Shown: positions 1-9,013 of the stretch, in pieces | How the letters are laid out: every line of letters begins with the position of its first letter | Numbering within the stretch: the stretch's first letter is position 1 | Source: a bacterium | GTDB taxonomy: Bacteria; Patescibacteriota; Saccharimonadia; Saccharimonadales; SZUA-47 | Direction of reading: 5' to 3' | NCBI GenBank assembly: GCA_037138655.1 | Contig: JBAXHY010000003.1 | Span: forward strand, 1-37,451 | Length of the DNA: 37,451 nucleotides | Made by a program: the position numbers and the translations under genes | The notes under the pieces: model-generated | Database searches by the model: none | Seen by the model: only the letters and a program-made list of their open reading frames with translations | What the model was told of the DNA's origin: nothing

Positions 1-9
1 GCAAAAGTC

Positions 10-504
10 CTAATTTGCTAACGACTTTTTTAATCTTCCTACTACAACTATATAGCTTGAGTATTTGCTTAAAAGTTTTGAGTATTTGCTGTTTGGCGTC
101 ATTAAATGAAGCAGTTTACCCTGCTCTTCTAGGTATTCTACAAGGCAAAAAAAGTCGCCGTCGCCACTAACAATAATTGCTTCGTCATACTTATTATAAA
201 GTTTAGCTGCTGCGTACAAAACCAATTCGGCGTCTACGTTACCTTTTACTGTTAATTTGCCACTGGCCATATACTGCGTTGCTGGTTTAAATACTAATAT
301 ATACCCCATTTCTTGCAGGTCACTGTACAACGATTCGTTACCTTCGACTTGGCCAATAAATAAGTACGCGCGCTCAACGTGGTATTTGTTTTTTAGATAC
401 AATCTAAATTTGCCAAAGTCTAGTGTCCAACCACTCGCCCTAACCCCTAAATTAAGATTCTGCGAATCAATAAAGGCGTAAACAATTGATTTATTAGTGT
501 TCAT
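10..504 (-). CDS. NYN-domain (LabA/DUF88, PIN-like) putative ribonuclease
   Basis: Motifs FIDSQN, KGNVDAEL, SGDGDF typical of NYN/LabA proteins. Confidence 0.88.
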   Translation of the reverse strand: MNTNKSIVYAFIDSQNLNLGVRASGWTLDFGKFRLYLKNKYHVERAYLFIGQVEGNESLYSDLQEMGYILVFKPATQYMASGKLTVKGNVDAELVLYAAAKLYNKYDEAIIVSGDGDFFCLVEYLEEQGKLLHLMTPNSKYSKLLSKYSSYIVVVGRLKKSLAN

Positions 505-566
505 ATAATTAATATACTACTTTCGATAAAATTATTTGTATTTGATACTTTTAATAAATTAACTTG

Positions 567-1430
567 TTATACCAAAAAATTAAGTAAAATAACGCCGCTT
601 ACAACCACGAATGCACCAATACGTTGATTAAGCTTAAGATGTTCGTGATCTATTTTATAAGCAAGTAAAACTGTAATTAAAGGAGAAGCCGATGCTATAG
701 TTGCCGTTAATACTACGTTACCGTTAACTGATATTGCCGCAAAAAGTCCAAGTGTACCAACAGAAATCAAAAGGCTACCAAAAATTCCTAGACCACTTTT
801 TGAAGCTTGAATCATTGCTTTAATCGGATGATTTTTTTCGTATATAAACATTATAACTATTCCAACCAGTAAAGAAGCCACGCCTAACATAAGTTCATTT
901 TGATACCATTCGAATAGATTAATCTTTGCCAAAAGAGCAAATCCAATACCAAAAAATAACATCGCTAGCAGTCCGTATACGACCGAATAAACTGCCATTT
1001 TATCTTTGTATTTACTTTTTTGATAACTAATAACTACTACACCGGCAACAATAAGTAGGATTGTTAAAAATTGATTCGTATTAAATTTAAATCCCAAAAA
1101 TACGACCGATACTGCCAAAGTTACTATTGAATTTGCATTAGCTAAAGGCGAAATTAGCCCTATTGCTCCTTTAGAAAAGCCCTTGACCATAGCCAAAAAC
1201 CCAGCTGTAATAAAAATACTAACTATCAAAAACTTTGCAAAAACAAAAGCCGACACATTAGGAAAACCAAAAAAACAGCAAATTATTATAGGTGGGATTA
1301 ACGAATAAAATACATATATAAAGTTAATTTGTATCGACGACATTTTGCGTGACAACTTTGCAGCGACGTAGTCACCTGTTCCCCAAAAGACTAATGGTAG
1401 CAAACTAAGCAATATGCCTATATGCATCAT
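567..1430 (-). CDS. EamA/DMT family transporter
   Basis: About 10 hydrophobic segments in two repeats; FWG near N-terminus, C-terminal EHLKLNQRIGAFVVVSGV pattern. Confidence 0.85.
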   Translation of the reverse strand: MMHIGILLSLLPLVFWGTGDYVAAKLSRKMSSIQINFIYVFYSLIPPIIICCFFGFPNVSAFVFAKFLIVSIFITAGFLAMVKGFSKGAIGLISPLANANSIVTLAVSVVFLGFKFNTNQFLTILLIVAGVVVISYQKSKYKDKMAVYSVVYGLLAMLFFGIGFALLAKINLFEWYQNELMLGVASLLVGIVIMFIYEKNHPIKAMIQASKSGLGIFGSLLISVGTLGLFAAISVNGNVVLTATIASASPLITVLLAYKIDHEHLKLNQRIGAFVVVSGVILLNFLV

Positions 1431-1433
1431 TTG

Positions 1434-2735
1434 CTAGTTGTCCGTCAAAATCTGCTCAAGAGTCGTACGGGATTGCTTGGTTGTGTCGCGGTCACGTACG
1501 GTGACAGTACCGTCTTCTAATGTATCAAAATCAATTACTATACAGTATGGCGTACCAATTTCGTCTTGGCGGCGGTAGCGCTTGCCTATGTTACCATTAT
1601 CGTCCCACATTACTGCTCCGTACTTCTTTTTTAGTACTGCGTATACTTCACGTGCCTTGGCCACAAGTTCTGGTTTGTTTTTTAGTAGCGGCGATACACA
1701 ATATTTTATAGGAGCTAAATGATGTGGCAGTTTTAAATACGCACGGTCTTCGCCATTAACTTGATCAACTGTATAGGCACTTGTTAATACCGCCATAATT
1801 GCGCGTTCCACGCCAAAGCTAGGTTCTATAACATGTGGTACAAAAACATCGCTGCCGTCTTTAGTGCGGTAGTCCATGCTTTTACCGCTAACCCTATGAA
1901 TATTACCTAAGTCAAAGTCGGTTCGGTATGCAAGACCCAAAAGTTCTTTGCGGCCATGCGGAAAATCAAATTCAAAATCTATTGTACGTTTACTGTAATG
2001 TGCACGGTCAGATTCTTCTACTTCTAGTTCGTGTATTGTAGATTCTGGCAGGCCAAGCTGTTTACACCATTCATGAATCGCTAAACGCAACATTTCGAAT
2101 GACTCTTCCCACTTACTTGGGTGTACAAAATATTCGATTTCCATTTGTTCAAATTCACGACTTCTAAAAACAAAATCGCGTGGACTAATTTCGTTGCGGA
2201 AGGCTTTGCCAATTTGCGCAATACCAAAAGGTACGTCAGGGTAAAAAGTATCTACTACGTTTTTGTAGTTAGTAAATATACCTTGCGCTGTTTCTGGACG
2301 TAAATAGCTAATACTTGATTCGTCGTCAACGGGTCCAATATTAGTTTTAAACATCATATTGAACATTCTAGGTTCACCAAACGTGTTTTCTTTATTGCAA
2401 GTTGGGCATTTTGCAGTATCTATTTGGTCTTCTCTAAAGCGCGCTTTACAGTTACCGCATTCAACTAATGGGTCGGTAAAAGTGTCTACGTGCCCACTTG
2501 CCTGCCAAACTTTTTGGTTCATTAATATTGATGCATCGACGCCATACATATCTTCGCGGTCATCTACAAACATCTGCCACCATAAGTTCATAATATTCTT
2601 TTTTAAAGCAACACCTAATGGACCAAAATCCCAGGTACCACTCAAGCCGCCGTATACTTCACTGCCCTGAAAAATAAAGCCACGTCGTTTGCATAAGCTA
2701 GCAATGTCTTCTAATGTAATTTTTTTATCACTCAT
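1434..2735 (-). CDS. glyS: Glycine--tRNA ligase, homodimeric alpha2 type
   Basis: CKRRGF, DFGPLG, LRPETAQG, FRNEISPR, REFEQME, VIEPSFG and anticodon-domain GKRYRRQDEIGTP. Confidence 0.97.
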   Translation of the reverse strand: MSDKKITLEDIASLCKRRGFIFQGSEVYGGLSGTWDFGPLGVALKKNIMNLWWQMFVDDREDMYGVDASILMNQKVWQASGHVDTFTDPLVECGNCKARFREDQIDTAKCPTCNKENTFGEPRMFNMMFKTNIGPVDDESSISYLRPETAQGIFTNYKNVVDTFYPDVPFGIAQIGKAFRNEISPRDFVFRSREFEQMEIEYFVHPSKWEESFEMLRLAIHEWCKQLGLPESTIHELEVEESDRAHYSKRTIDFEFDFPHGRKELLGLAYRTDFDLGNIHRVSGKSMDYRTKDGSDVFVPHVIEPSFGVERAIMAVLTSAYTVDQVNGEDRAYLKLPHHLAPIKYCVSPLLKNKPELVAKAREVYAVLKKKYGAVMWDDNGNIGKRYRRQDEIGTPYCIVIDFDTLEDGTVTVRDRDTTKQSRTTLEQILTDN

Positions 2736-2767
2736 TACCTAACAGTATACAGCTGTAGCTTAAAATT

Positions 2768-2799
2768 ATAAACGGCTGTCACTAATAACAACCGTTTAT
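2768..2799 (-). terminator. Probable intrinsic terminator after the orphan gene at 2810-3211
   Basis: Minus-strand RNA folds AUAAACGGUUGUUA-UUAG-UGACAGCCGUUUAU (14-bp stem using G-U pairs) followed by AAUUUU. Confidence 0.6.
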
Positions 2800-2809
2800 T
2801 GTTTACTTG

Positions 2810-3211
2810 TTAGGCTGTATGTGAAACTGGAATTGCTAAATTTTGAGGGATGTATTCTACGCTTATCATACTTTTAACTGCATGTTCACCTACTATACGT
2901 AAGTCCATACCTTTTGTTTGAGCTTCTGGACTAAGCTTATCCCATGCGTCAGCTGCCTTAAAATCTGCAATTGCGTCAGATAGTGCGTGATCTTGTTCTG
3001 TATTGATATCATCTCTTGGAACTATATGAGCATTGCCTTTTATGTCTACAACTTCTTCAAAAGTACCATTGTTTGGGTTTAATAATCCGCCAGTAGTCTC
3101 TGCAGTTACTTTATCCCAAGCATCTTTAAACGTTTTTAAGTCGTCTTGTGTTTTAAATCCTGGTAAAAAATTTGCTGATTTTGTTGGCTGGTTTTTGTTT
3201 TTGTTGTTCAT
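2810..3211 (-). CDS. Hypothetical protein (orphan)
   Basis: 133-aa ORF with its own near-consensus promoter and a downstream hairpin; no motif recognised. Confidence 0.65.
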   Translation of the reverse strand: MNNKNKNQPTKSANFLPGFKTQDDLKTFKDAWDKVTAETTGGLLNPNNGTFEEVVDIKGNAHIVPRDDINTEQDHALSDAIADFKAADAWDKLSPEAQTKGMDLRIVGEHAVKSMISVEYIPQNLAIPVSHTA

Positions 3212-3218
3212 GATTATT

Positions 3219-3247
3219 AATATACACCATTATAGTGCTTATGTCAA
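3219..3247 (-). promoter_or_regulatory. Sigma70-type promoter, likely leaderless
   Basis: TTGACA-17 nt-TATATT-7 nt-ATG (3211). Confidence 0.7.
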
Positions 3248-3278
3248 TAATGTAGTTAGCGTGTACATTTTTTATGCG

Positions 3279-3974
3279 TTATTGCAACACGGACTGACTA
3301 TTGTATTTTACACATTCAAGTATAGTAGCCTGAATTTGTGATGATAATTGTTGTATATTTTGTACTTGAGTAAGTTTGTCTACAGTAGTTACACTGCAAA
3401 GCCTTAATAATTTAATGTGTTTAGACGTAAAAACTCCATTTGAATCTTTACTAAATGCCATCTTACTAAAATCAAAACTAAACGTATCATCTACGTCTAG
3501 CGGCATGCCGTCGTCGTCTGTTCGTAAATTAATTCCATGACCTGATATTTGCATAAGTTGAATACCAAACCAAACTAAAACCACCGATACAGGTTGACCT
3601 GCGTCTAATGCACGCAAAGACTGAACGCAAATATCAAAGTATTCATCTTCAAATACTACTTCTGTATAAATATGAACGTATTTTAATATTTCGTACGCCG
3701 CGTTTGCGGTTGTAAGGTTACTAGTAATCTGCGAATAATGTTCTATGGCGTGTGCAGATACAAGAGTTTTGAGTTCGTTTTTTCCGTTTAAGTATGTAAT
3801 GTTATTAACAGTAAAAAGTTCTATACCACCTGCCATTTTGCTTTTTGGTCTGCGAGAACCCTTAGAAATAACGCTAACTTTACCATTTTTGCTAGTTAAC
3901 ATAGTGACTATTCGGTCTGCTTCGCCAAAATCGACGCGCCTTAAAACTATAGACTTATCTACTATTGAATTCAT
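3279..3974 (-). CDS. recO: DNA repair protein RecO
   Basis: N-terminal IVLRRVDFGEADRIVTMLT...GKVSVISKGSRRPKSK OB-fold signature. Confidence 0.93.
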   Translation of the reverse strand: MNSIVDKSIVLRRVDFGEADRIVTMLTSKNGKVSVISKGSRRPKSKMAGGIELFTVNNITYLNGKNELKTLVSAHAIEHYSQITSNLTTANAAYEILKYVHIYTEVVFEDEYFDICVQSLRALDAGQPVSVVLVWFGIQLMQISGHGINLRTDDDGMPLDVDDTFSFDFSKMAFSKDSNGVFTSKHIKLLRLCSVTTVDKLTQVQNIQQLSSQIQATILECVKYNSQSVLQ

Positions 3975-4345
3975 GAATTATTGACGTGTTTATTTATTGA
4001 TTCTAATAACTTTAATAATGAAGTATTTGGTTTATATAAATATTCTTTTACGCCTAAATTATTAAATGCATTATTATTTTGCATTAACTGAGAAGTAAAA
4101 ATAATAACCGGCACTTTGGCAAGATCGCCGTAACTATGAAATTCGTGTAAAAATTCTATTCCGCTGTGTGCACCTAAAACTAGCTCCATTACGATACATG
4201 AATATGTACCTTTGTCGGCTAATGCTATTGCCTCTTCGGCGGTATGCGCCTGCGATGTAACGTATTGATTTAGTGCAAGATAATCTTTAACTGACGTTGC
4301 AATACTTTTGTCTGGTTCTAGTAGTAGTATATTTTTTGATTTCAT
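3971..4345 (-). CDS. Atypical single-domain response regulator (phosphoacceptor Asp appears replaced by Glu)
   Basis: Receiver pattern ILLLEPD...CIVMEL...SGIEFL...VPVIIFT...YLYKP; overlaps recO start (ATGA). Confidence 0.8.
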   Translation of the reverse strand: MKSKNILLLEPDKSIATSVKDYLALNQYVTSQAHTAEEAIALADKGTYSCIVMELVLGAHSGIEFLHEFHSYGDLAKVPVIIFTSQLMQNNNAFNNLGVKEYLYKPNTSLLKLLESINKHVNNS

Positions 4346-4349
4346 TTTA

Positions 4350-5057
4350 CTAAACTAGTGTTAATTGAGCAGTAGGAATAAGATCAATTACTAATCCACT
4401 TAGTTTACCCCGGCGGGCTGTTCTTATACTTGTTTGTAAACCCTGCAAAAGCTGTTCGGCTACAAATAATTGAGAAGACGCTCCGTTTGTTAATCCCACA
4501 AATGGACGTGATGCTATTCCTACCTGAGATCTTGCGCGTTCTAATTGTTTTTTATTAATAACTAATGATTCTTCGGTACAAAAAATTCCTAATGAATAAC
4601 CGTTTTGCGTTTTATAGGACGCTATTGTTACAGATTTTTTAGTAGACGCTATAGCACTCTGAGCTTCTATAAACACCTTGCCAATAGCCGACAAAGCCGC
4701 AAGAACAATTGCTCTGTGTGTTAGCGCAAAAGAACTATTATTAGGAACATCAACGATTAAATTACAAGAAAAATCCTTAGCATATTCTTTTAATCCATAA
4801 GCTGCATCTGCCGCTAATGCTGACGGACTAACTGGTTCAAGGACTAAGTTTGTTTGCGAAGCATTTTTTGCTCCTAATAAATACGCATCTAAAAGTTCTA
4901 ATGTTGTACGAATGTTTAAACGAATATCAGAAATGTTTTTGTCATGACCTACAAGCTCTGCCTTATACGCCATACGTACGAGTGGTGTTTTTAAATCTTC
5001 TGCAAGCGTATAAAATAACGCGCTTGCGTCTAACTTATCGTGTTGCCTAAGTGCCAT
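4350..5057 (-). CDS. Degenerate cytoplasmic histidine-kinase-like protein (HisKA + eroded HATPase)
   Basis: LAEDLKTPL matches H-box (S/A)HELKTPL with H->E; canonical N/G1/G2 boxes not recognisable. Confidence 0.65.
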   Translation of the reverse strand: MALRQHDKLDASALFYTLAEDLKTPLVRMAYKAELVGHDKNISDIRLNIRTTLELLDAYLLGAKNASQTNLVLEPVSPSALAADAAYGLKEYAKDFSCNLIVDVPNNSSFALTHRAIVLAALSAIGKVFIEAQSAIASTKKSVTIASYKTQNGYSLGIFCTEESLVINKKQLERARSQVGIASRPFVGLTNGASSQLFVAEQLLQGLQTSIRTARRGKLSGLVIDLIPTAQLTLV

Positions 5058-5118
5058 TGTTACCCTCTAACTAAATACAGTATAGCAGTTAGTTTATTAT
5101 TGTATGACGTGGTTTTTA

Positions 5119-5784
5119 CTATGGTATAAAACTAAGGTCTGGTAATACGTATTTGTCAAAATCAATTATAGTGTCTTTGCTTTCGGTCCATATTTTAAGT
5201 GTCTTGTCGCGTAGTGGCAAAATTATCATACTTCCCTGTTTGGCTGATACGATTTCACCATCTAATCTAACTCCTAAAACGTCTGGGACTTTAGCCGACC
5301 TATACGGTTTAGCTGTTACCTTTGCTGTTTTAATAAGTGAATCATACGACTTAACTGTTGTGTCGTAAGTAGTTGAAATAAGCTGGAATCTAAGAGCAAA
5401 AGAAACTGCCTTGTCGTCTTTGGGGACAAAGTTGGGATGCAAAAATCCGTCTATAGCTGTACCCGAACTTGATGCGTTTTCTATTATGTACGCGCTGTAA
5501 TTTTTAGGATAGTTAAACGTTACAGACCCAAAAGAAGAAGGTCCAACATACGATTTTACTGGTGATTTATCTTTTTCGGCATATTCGGCAGTTTTTTGAG
5601 CCTCAATTTTTTTGGTCTCGGTCAAAAGTTTAGATTCTACCTGTGTGTCGATATTTTTTTGTAAATCTGCTTTTTTAACATAAATTAATAAACCAAAAAT
5701 TAAGGATATTACAAATAGTACAGACATTAATCCTGCTATTAATATACTAACCTGTGCTACTCCCGTTTGATCTTTTTTAGCCAT
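5119..5784 (-). CDS. Membrane-anchored hypothetical surface protein (PsbP-like fold possible)
   Basis: One N-terminal TM helix, short coiled coil, then FNYPKNY motif and beta-rich domain. Confidence 0.65.
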   Translation of the reverse strand: MAKKDQTGVAQVSILIAGLMSVLFVISLIFGLLIYVKKADLQKNIDTQVESKLLTETKKIEAQKTAEYAEKDKSPVKSYVGPSSFGSVTFNYPKNYSAYIIENASSSGTAIDGFLHPNFVPKDDKAVSFALRFQLISTTYDTTVKSYDSLIKTAKVTAKPYRSAKVPDVLGVRLDGEIVSAKQGSMIILPLRDKTLKIWTESKDTIIDFDKYVLPDLSFIP

Positions 5785-5791
5785 TGCACTA

Positions 5792-5820
5792 ATGGTAACT
5801 TAATAAACACAGATATTCAA
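5792..5820 (-). promoter_or_regulatory. Sigma70-type promoter, likely leaderless
   Basis: TTGAAT-17 nt-TACCAT-7 nt-ATG (5784). Confidence 0.5.
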
Positions 5821-5844
5821 GTTGTCTAAAAATTAACAAAAATA

Positions 5845-6024
5845 CTAAAGGTCGTCTATTACGCTTAGTACTGTTGCGCCGTATTGTCTAAATAACATTT
5901 TAGGATTTAAGTGGCGTTCTGGAGCCGATAGTTCAAGGGTATTGCCAAATAAATAATCGTCACGTTGATGCCTGTCTGCTTCTTTTTGTAGCATTGATTT
6001 TAAGTTTTGGTTTGGATATTCCAT
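5845..6024 (-). CDS. Small hypothetical protein (59 aa, MEYPNQ...)
   Basis: Start moved from 6036 to 6024 because the upstream ATG lies inside the predicted -10 box. Confidence 0.55.
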   Translation of the reverse strand: MEYPNQNLKSMLQKEADRHQRDDYLFGNTLELSAPERHLNPKMLFRQYGATVLSVIDDL

Positions 6025-6031
6025 AAGGATT

Positions 6032-6060
6032 ATCATACATCATAATAACGCTTATGTCAA
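6032..6060 (-). promoter_or_regulatory. Sigma70-type promoter, likely leaderless
   Basis: TTGACA-17 nt-TATGAT-7 nt-ATG (6024); shares TTGACATAAGC with the 3219-3247 promoter. Confidence 0.7.
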
Positions 6061-6106
6061 TGTTCTATCGTACTTTTTGTATGATGATTAATAAAGAAAT
6101 TAAATT

Positions 6107-6595
6107 CTATTTATATAGGTAAAGGCGCATGCCCTGCTTCTCTTGCACTGGTTTTTTGTTCGGTATGGTAAATGCAAATGATACTAATTTTACAGGGGTG
6201 ATATTACTTTGCGACAATTTTTTATCAAGTTTTTGCATATAAGGTTGTAGCAAAAATACATATATGCCGTCTGCCTTTGGAAGGTCTATTTGCCAATAGT
6301 TTGCAACTTTTACTTTTGCTAGTTTGCGGTATTTCCAAAGTCTAATTTTTGAGTACCAAACCAATAATGGGTTTAGTTCATAGCCAATGCTTTTAATGCC
6401 CCTACGGGCTGCTTCTGCAAGTAGTCGACCATCTCCACTGCCTAGTTCTAACAATAATTCACCTTTTTTTAAATCTAGCATGTCTAATGCATCATTGGTT
6501 CGATTTTTTAAAGTTGGCAAAAACGGTGCTCCAAAAAATGCCGTAAATCCAAAAAGCAAAACGCATAAAATACCTACGCCCCAAAGTACTAGCAT
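6107..6595 (-). CDS. Membrane-anchored class I SAM-dependent methyltransferase (FAM173-like)
   Basis: N-terminal TM, GAPFLPT, motif I ELGSGDGR, GYELNP, VSFAF. Confidence 0.82.
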   Translation of the reverse strand: MLVLWGVGILCVLLFGFTAFFGAPFLPTLKNRTNDALDMLDLKKGELLLELGSGDGRLLAEAARRGIKSIGYELNPLLVWYSKIRLWKYRKLAKVKVANYWQIDLPKADGIYVFLLQPYMQKLDKKLSQSNITPVKLVSFAFTIPNKKPVQEKQGMRLYLYK

Positions 6596-6645
6596 AGGCT
6601 TTTACAAATAACTGATATTTGATATTTAAAATTTAAAAAAAACAT

Positions 6646-6834
6646 TTAACTTTTTGTTATTTTTTTGATTATGTTTTCGGCAGTTTTTAATCTGCTTTGA
6701 AGTTCGGCAATTATTTCTGTTCCGCGTTGATATTTTTTTATAGCTAAATCAAGATCTACATTGTCTGATTCGAACCATAATATAAGTTCGTCTAGTTCTG
6801 TTTGTAGTTGAATTGTTGATAGTTCTTTATTCAT
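6646..6834 (-). CDS. xseB: Exodeoxyribonuclease VII small subunit
   Basis: 62-aa helical protein with LDLAIKKYQRG...LKTAE; adjacent to xseA. Confidence 0.88.
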   Translation of the reverse strand: MNKELSTIQLQTELDELILWFESDNVDLDLAIKKYQRGTEIIAELQSRLKTAENIIKKITKS

Positions 6835-6845
6835 AGTCTTATATT

Positions 6846-7949
6846 CTATTCTACACGAGCAGACAGTTCTCCGTCAGATAATTGAACTTTAATTAACTGC
6901 TTTGGTTTAGCCTGCTTAATACTTTTAAGCACCTCGCCTTCTAACCTAACTAGTGCATAGCCTCGTTTTAAAATAGCGATTGGATTTAGTATTTCTAGTA
7001 ATCTTTTTTGTGAATTTAAGTTTTCTTTTTGAACTTTTAATGAATTTAGAATTTCGTCATTAATTTGATTGCTTCGGTCTGATATCCATAATTTTGCTTG
7101 TTCTAGTTTTGTTAATAAGCCTTTTTGTAGCCACTGGGATTTGTTTTTAAGTTGTAACGCCAGATCTTTTTTGTCTGGTACTAAAAGTTCCGCCGCATTG
7201 CTTGGCGTACTGGCCCTAGCATCTGCTGCTAGTTCGGCCAAACTTAAGTCTACTTCGTGCCCTATTGCAACCAATGTAGGTATACGACTTGCCGATACAG
7301 CCCTAACGACTTGTTCGTGGCTAAATGCCGCTAGATCGTCTGCACTGCCTCCACCACGTGTAATTACTATTGCATCAACTAGGTCGGCTTGTTCGCTAAA
7401 GTATTTTATTGCCGATATTATATCTGCAGGTGCTTGTTCGCCCTGAACCTGTACGTCATAAACGTTAATTACAATTCCGCCGTATCGGGCGCCGAGTACT
7501 TTTATAAAATCAGCGTATGCAGCAGACTGTAATGATGCAATTAAACCAATAGTCTCAGGGGGATAAGGCAATATTCGTTTTCGTTCAACGTCAAACAATC
7601 CTTCGGCTTGAAGTTTTTTAGCTAACAAATCGGCAGCTTTTTTTATAGTTCCCTCGCCTACTGGCTGAATGCTAGAAACTTGAATACTAAATCCATACAA
7701 ATCATGCAAATGAGGCTTGCCTACCACCGATACGGTCATCCCATCTTCTAGGGGACCAGGAAGTGCATAAATTGTCCCAAAAAATTTTACACTAGCAAAA
7801 TCATCTTTTAGATCAAAATAGACCCATTTACCTCTACTTATTCTAAAATTGGCCAATTCGCCAACTATAGTCACACTTGGGTACGCATAATCTAGAGTCT
7901 GGTTTAACAGCGCTACAAAATCGCTAGGTGAAAGTTCGATACCTTCCAT
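6846..7949 (-). CDS. xseA: Exodeoxyribonuclease VII large subunit
   Basis: YFDLKD, VQVQGE, RGGGS, AIGHEVD, ASTPSNAAE, LKRGYA motifs. Confidence 0.96.
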   Translation of the reverse strand: MEGIELSPSDFVALLNQTLDYAYPSVTIVGELANFRISRGKWVYFDLKDDFASVKFFGTIYALPGPLEDGMTVSVVGKPHLHDLYGFSIQVSSIQPVGEGTIKKAADLLAKKLQAEGLFDVERKRILPYPPETIGLIASLQSAAYADFIKVLGARYGGIVINVYDVQVQGEQAPADIISAIKYFSEQADLVDAIVITRGGGSADDLAAFSHEQVVRAVSASRIPTLVAIGHEVDLSLAELAADARASTPSNAAELLVPDKKDLALQLKNKSQWLQKGLLTKLEQAKLWISDRSNQINDEILNSLKVQKENLNSQKRLLEILNPIAILKRGYALVRLEGEVLKSIKQAKPKQLIKVQLSDGELSARVE

Positions 7950-7952
7950 TTA

Positions 7953-8993
7953 TTATTCCTCTTCTTGGCGCGCGTGCAGTGTTTTGTGGTAAAAATATCC
8001 ACCCAAAGGCAATTGTATAAAAGAATTTAAAATTCGATACATTACAGTTACAGGTAGACTAAGAGCCGCAGGAATACCGGCCGCAACTAAAGTACCTGTC
8101 ATAATTGCTTCGTATATACCGATGCCTCCAGGTAGCACAGATATAAGACCAGCAAAATTACTTACTGCATAAGCAATAATTATTGCACCGACGTTAATAA
8201 ACTGACCAAATGCCATATAAACAGCATAAATCGTTAATACTTCTGTAACATTTGCCAAAAGTGCGTACATTAGTGGCTTTTTAAGCTTTTTTAAATCTTT
8301 TCGTACCAAAGTGTAATTATCGTGGAGTTCGTTGAATGTTTCGTGCACTTTGTCTATTTTTATTGTTTCTGGATGGCTTCGTCTAAAATAAAATATTACT
8401 TTGTTTATTACTCTTGTTATAAAAGCAAAAAAGCTGTTTATACGTCCCCTACTTTCTAGTATATATGCTGCCATAAGTGATCCGACAAATAGTAAAGTAG
8501 ACAAACTTGCTGCTATTAAAATTAAGAAGTTACTGGCTTTTCCGCCGATTGCCAAAACCAGCAGTCCAGAAGCAAGCATTATCTGAAAAGATAAAAATAT
8601 TAATGCAAACTTTATTACTTGAACTAGTGTGGATTTTCCTGTTCCTGCACCTAACGAACGCATTCGTAAACTAAAGTATGAAATACCCGACACCCCACCA
8701 CTAGGAAAAACATTATTTACAAAGTTAAGTTCTAAACAAACTCTGTATAGTTTTTTATATTCAAGATCGTCACCTAATACAGCGTAAATATGCTGATACA
8801 TTTTAGAATATGAATGATAATTTACCACTTGTAGCAGTGGCATAAGTGCAATTGCCCACATGTTAACATTTTTTAAGTTATTAAATGTGTCTACTATTTG
8901 ATGTCGTAACAAATATACAAAAATAAAAAGCGCGACAATAGTAACAGCGCTAAGGATAGATTTGTATGGACTATTTTTGGGTTTACGAGCCAT
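7953..8993 (-). CDS. Lysylphosphatidylglycerol synthase TM / UPF0104 flippase-like membrane protein
   Basis: Multi-TM; FVNNVFPSGG, PGGIGIYE and YR motifs. Confidence 0.85.
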   Translation of the reverse strand: MARKPKNSPYKSILSAVTIVALFIFVYLLRHQIVDTFNNLKNVNMWAIALMPLLQVVNYHSYSKMYQHIYAVLGDDLEYKKLYRVCLELNFVNNVFPSGGVSGISYFSLRMRSLGAGTGKSTLVQVIKFALIFLSFQIMLASGLLVLAIGGKASNFLILIAASLSTLLFVGSLMAAYILESRGRINSFFAFITRVINKVIFYFRRSHPETIKIDKVHETFNELHDNYTLVRKDLKKLKKPLMYALLANVTEVLTIYAVYMAFGQFINVGAIIIAYAVSNFAGLISVLPGGIGIYEAIMTGTLVAAGIPAALSLPVTVMYRILNSFIQLPLGGYFYHKTLHARQEEE

Positions 8994-9013
8994 TAAGGGT
9001 TATTATACAACTA
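8994..9013. promoter_or_regulatory. Candidate bidirectional promoter with overlapping -10 boxes
   Basis: TATTATA core: + strand TATTAT (9001-9006) 7 nt before ATG 9014; - strand TATAAT (9007-9002) 8 nt before ATG 8993. Confidence 0.55.

Noticed and set aside
8966-9013. Longer N-terminus for the methyltransferase
   Set aside because: It would overlap the divergent gene; ATG 9014 has a well-placed -10.
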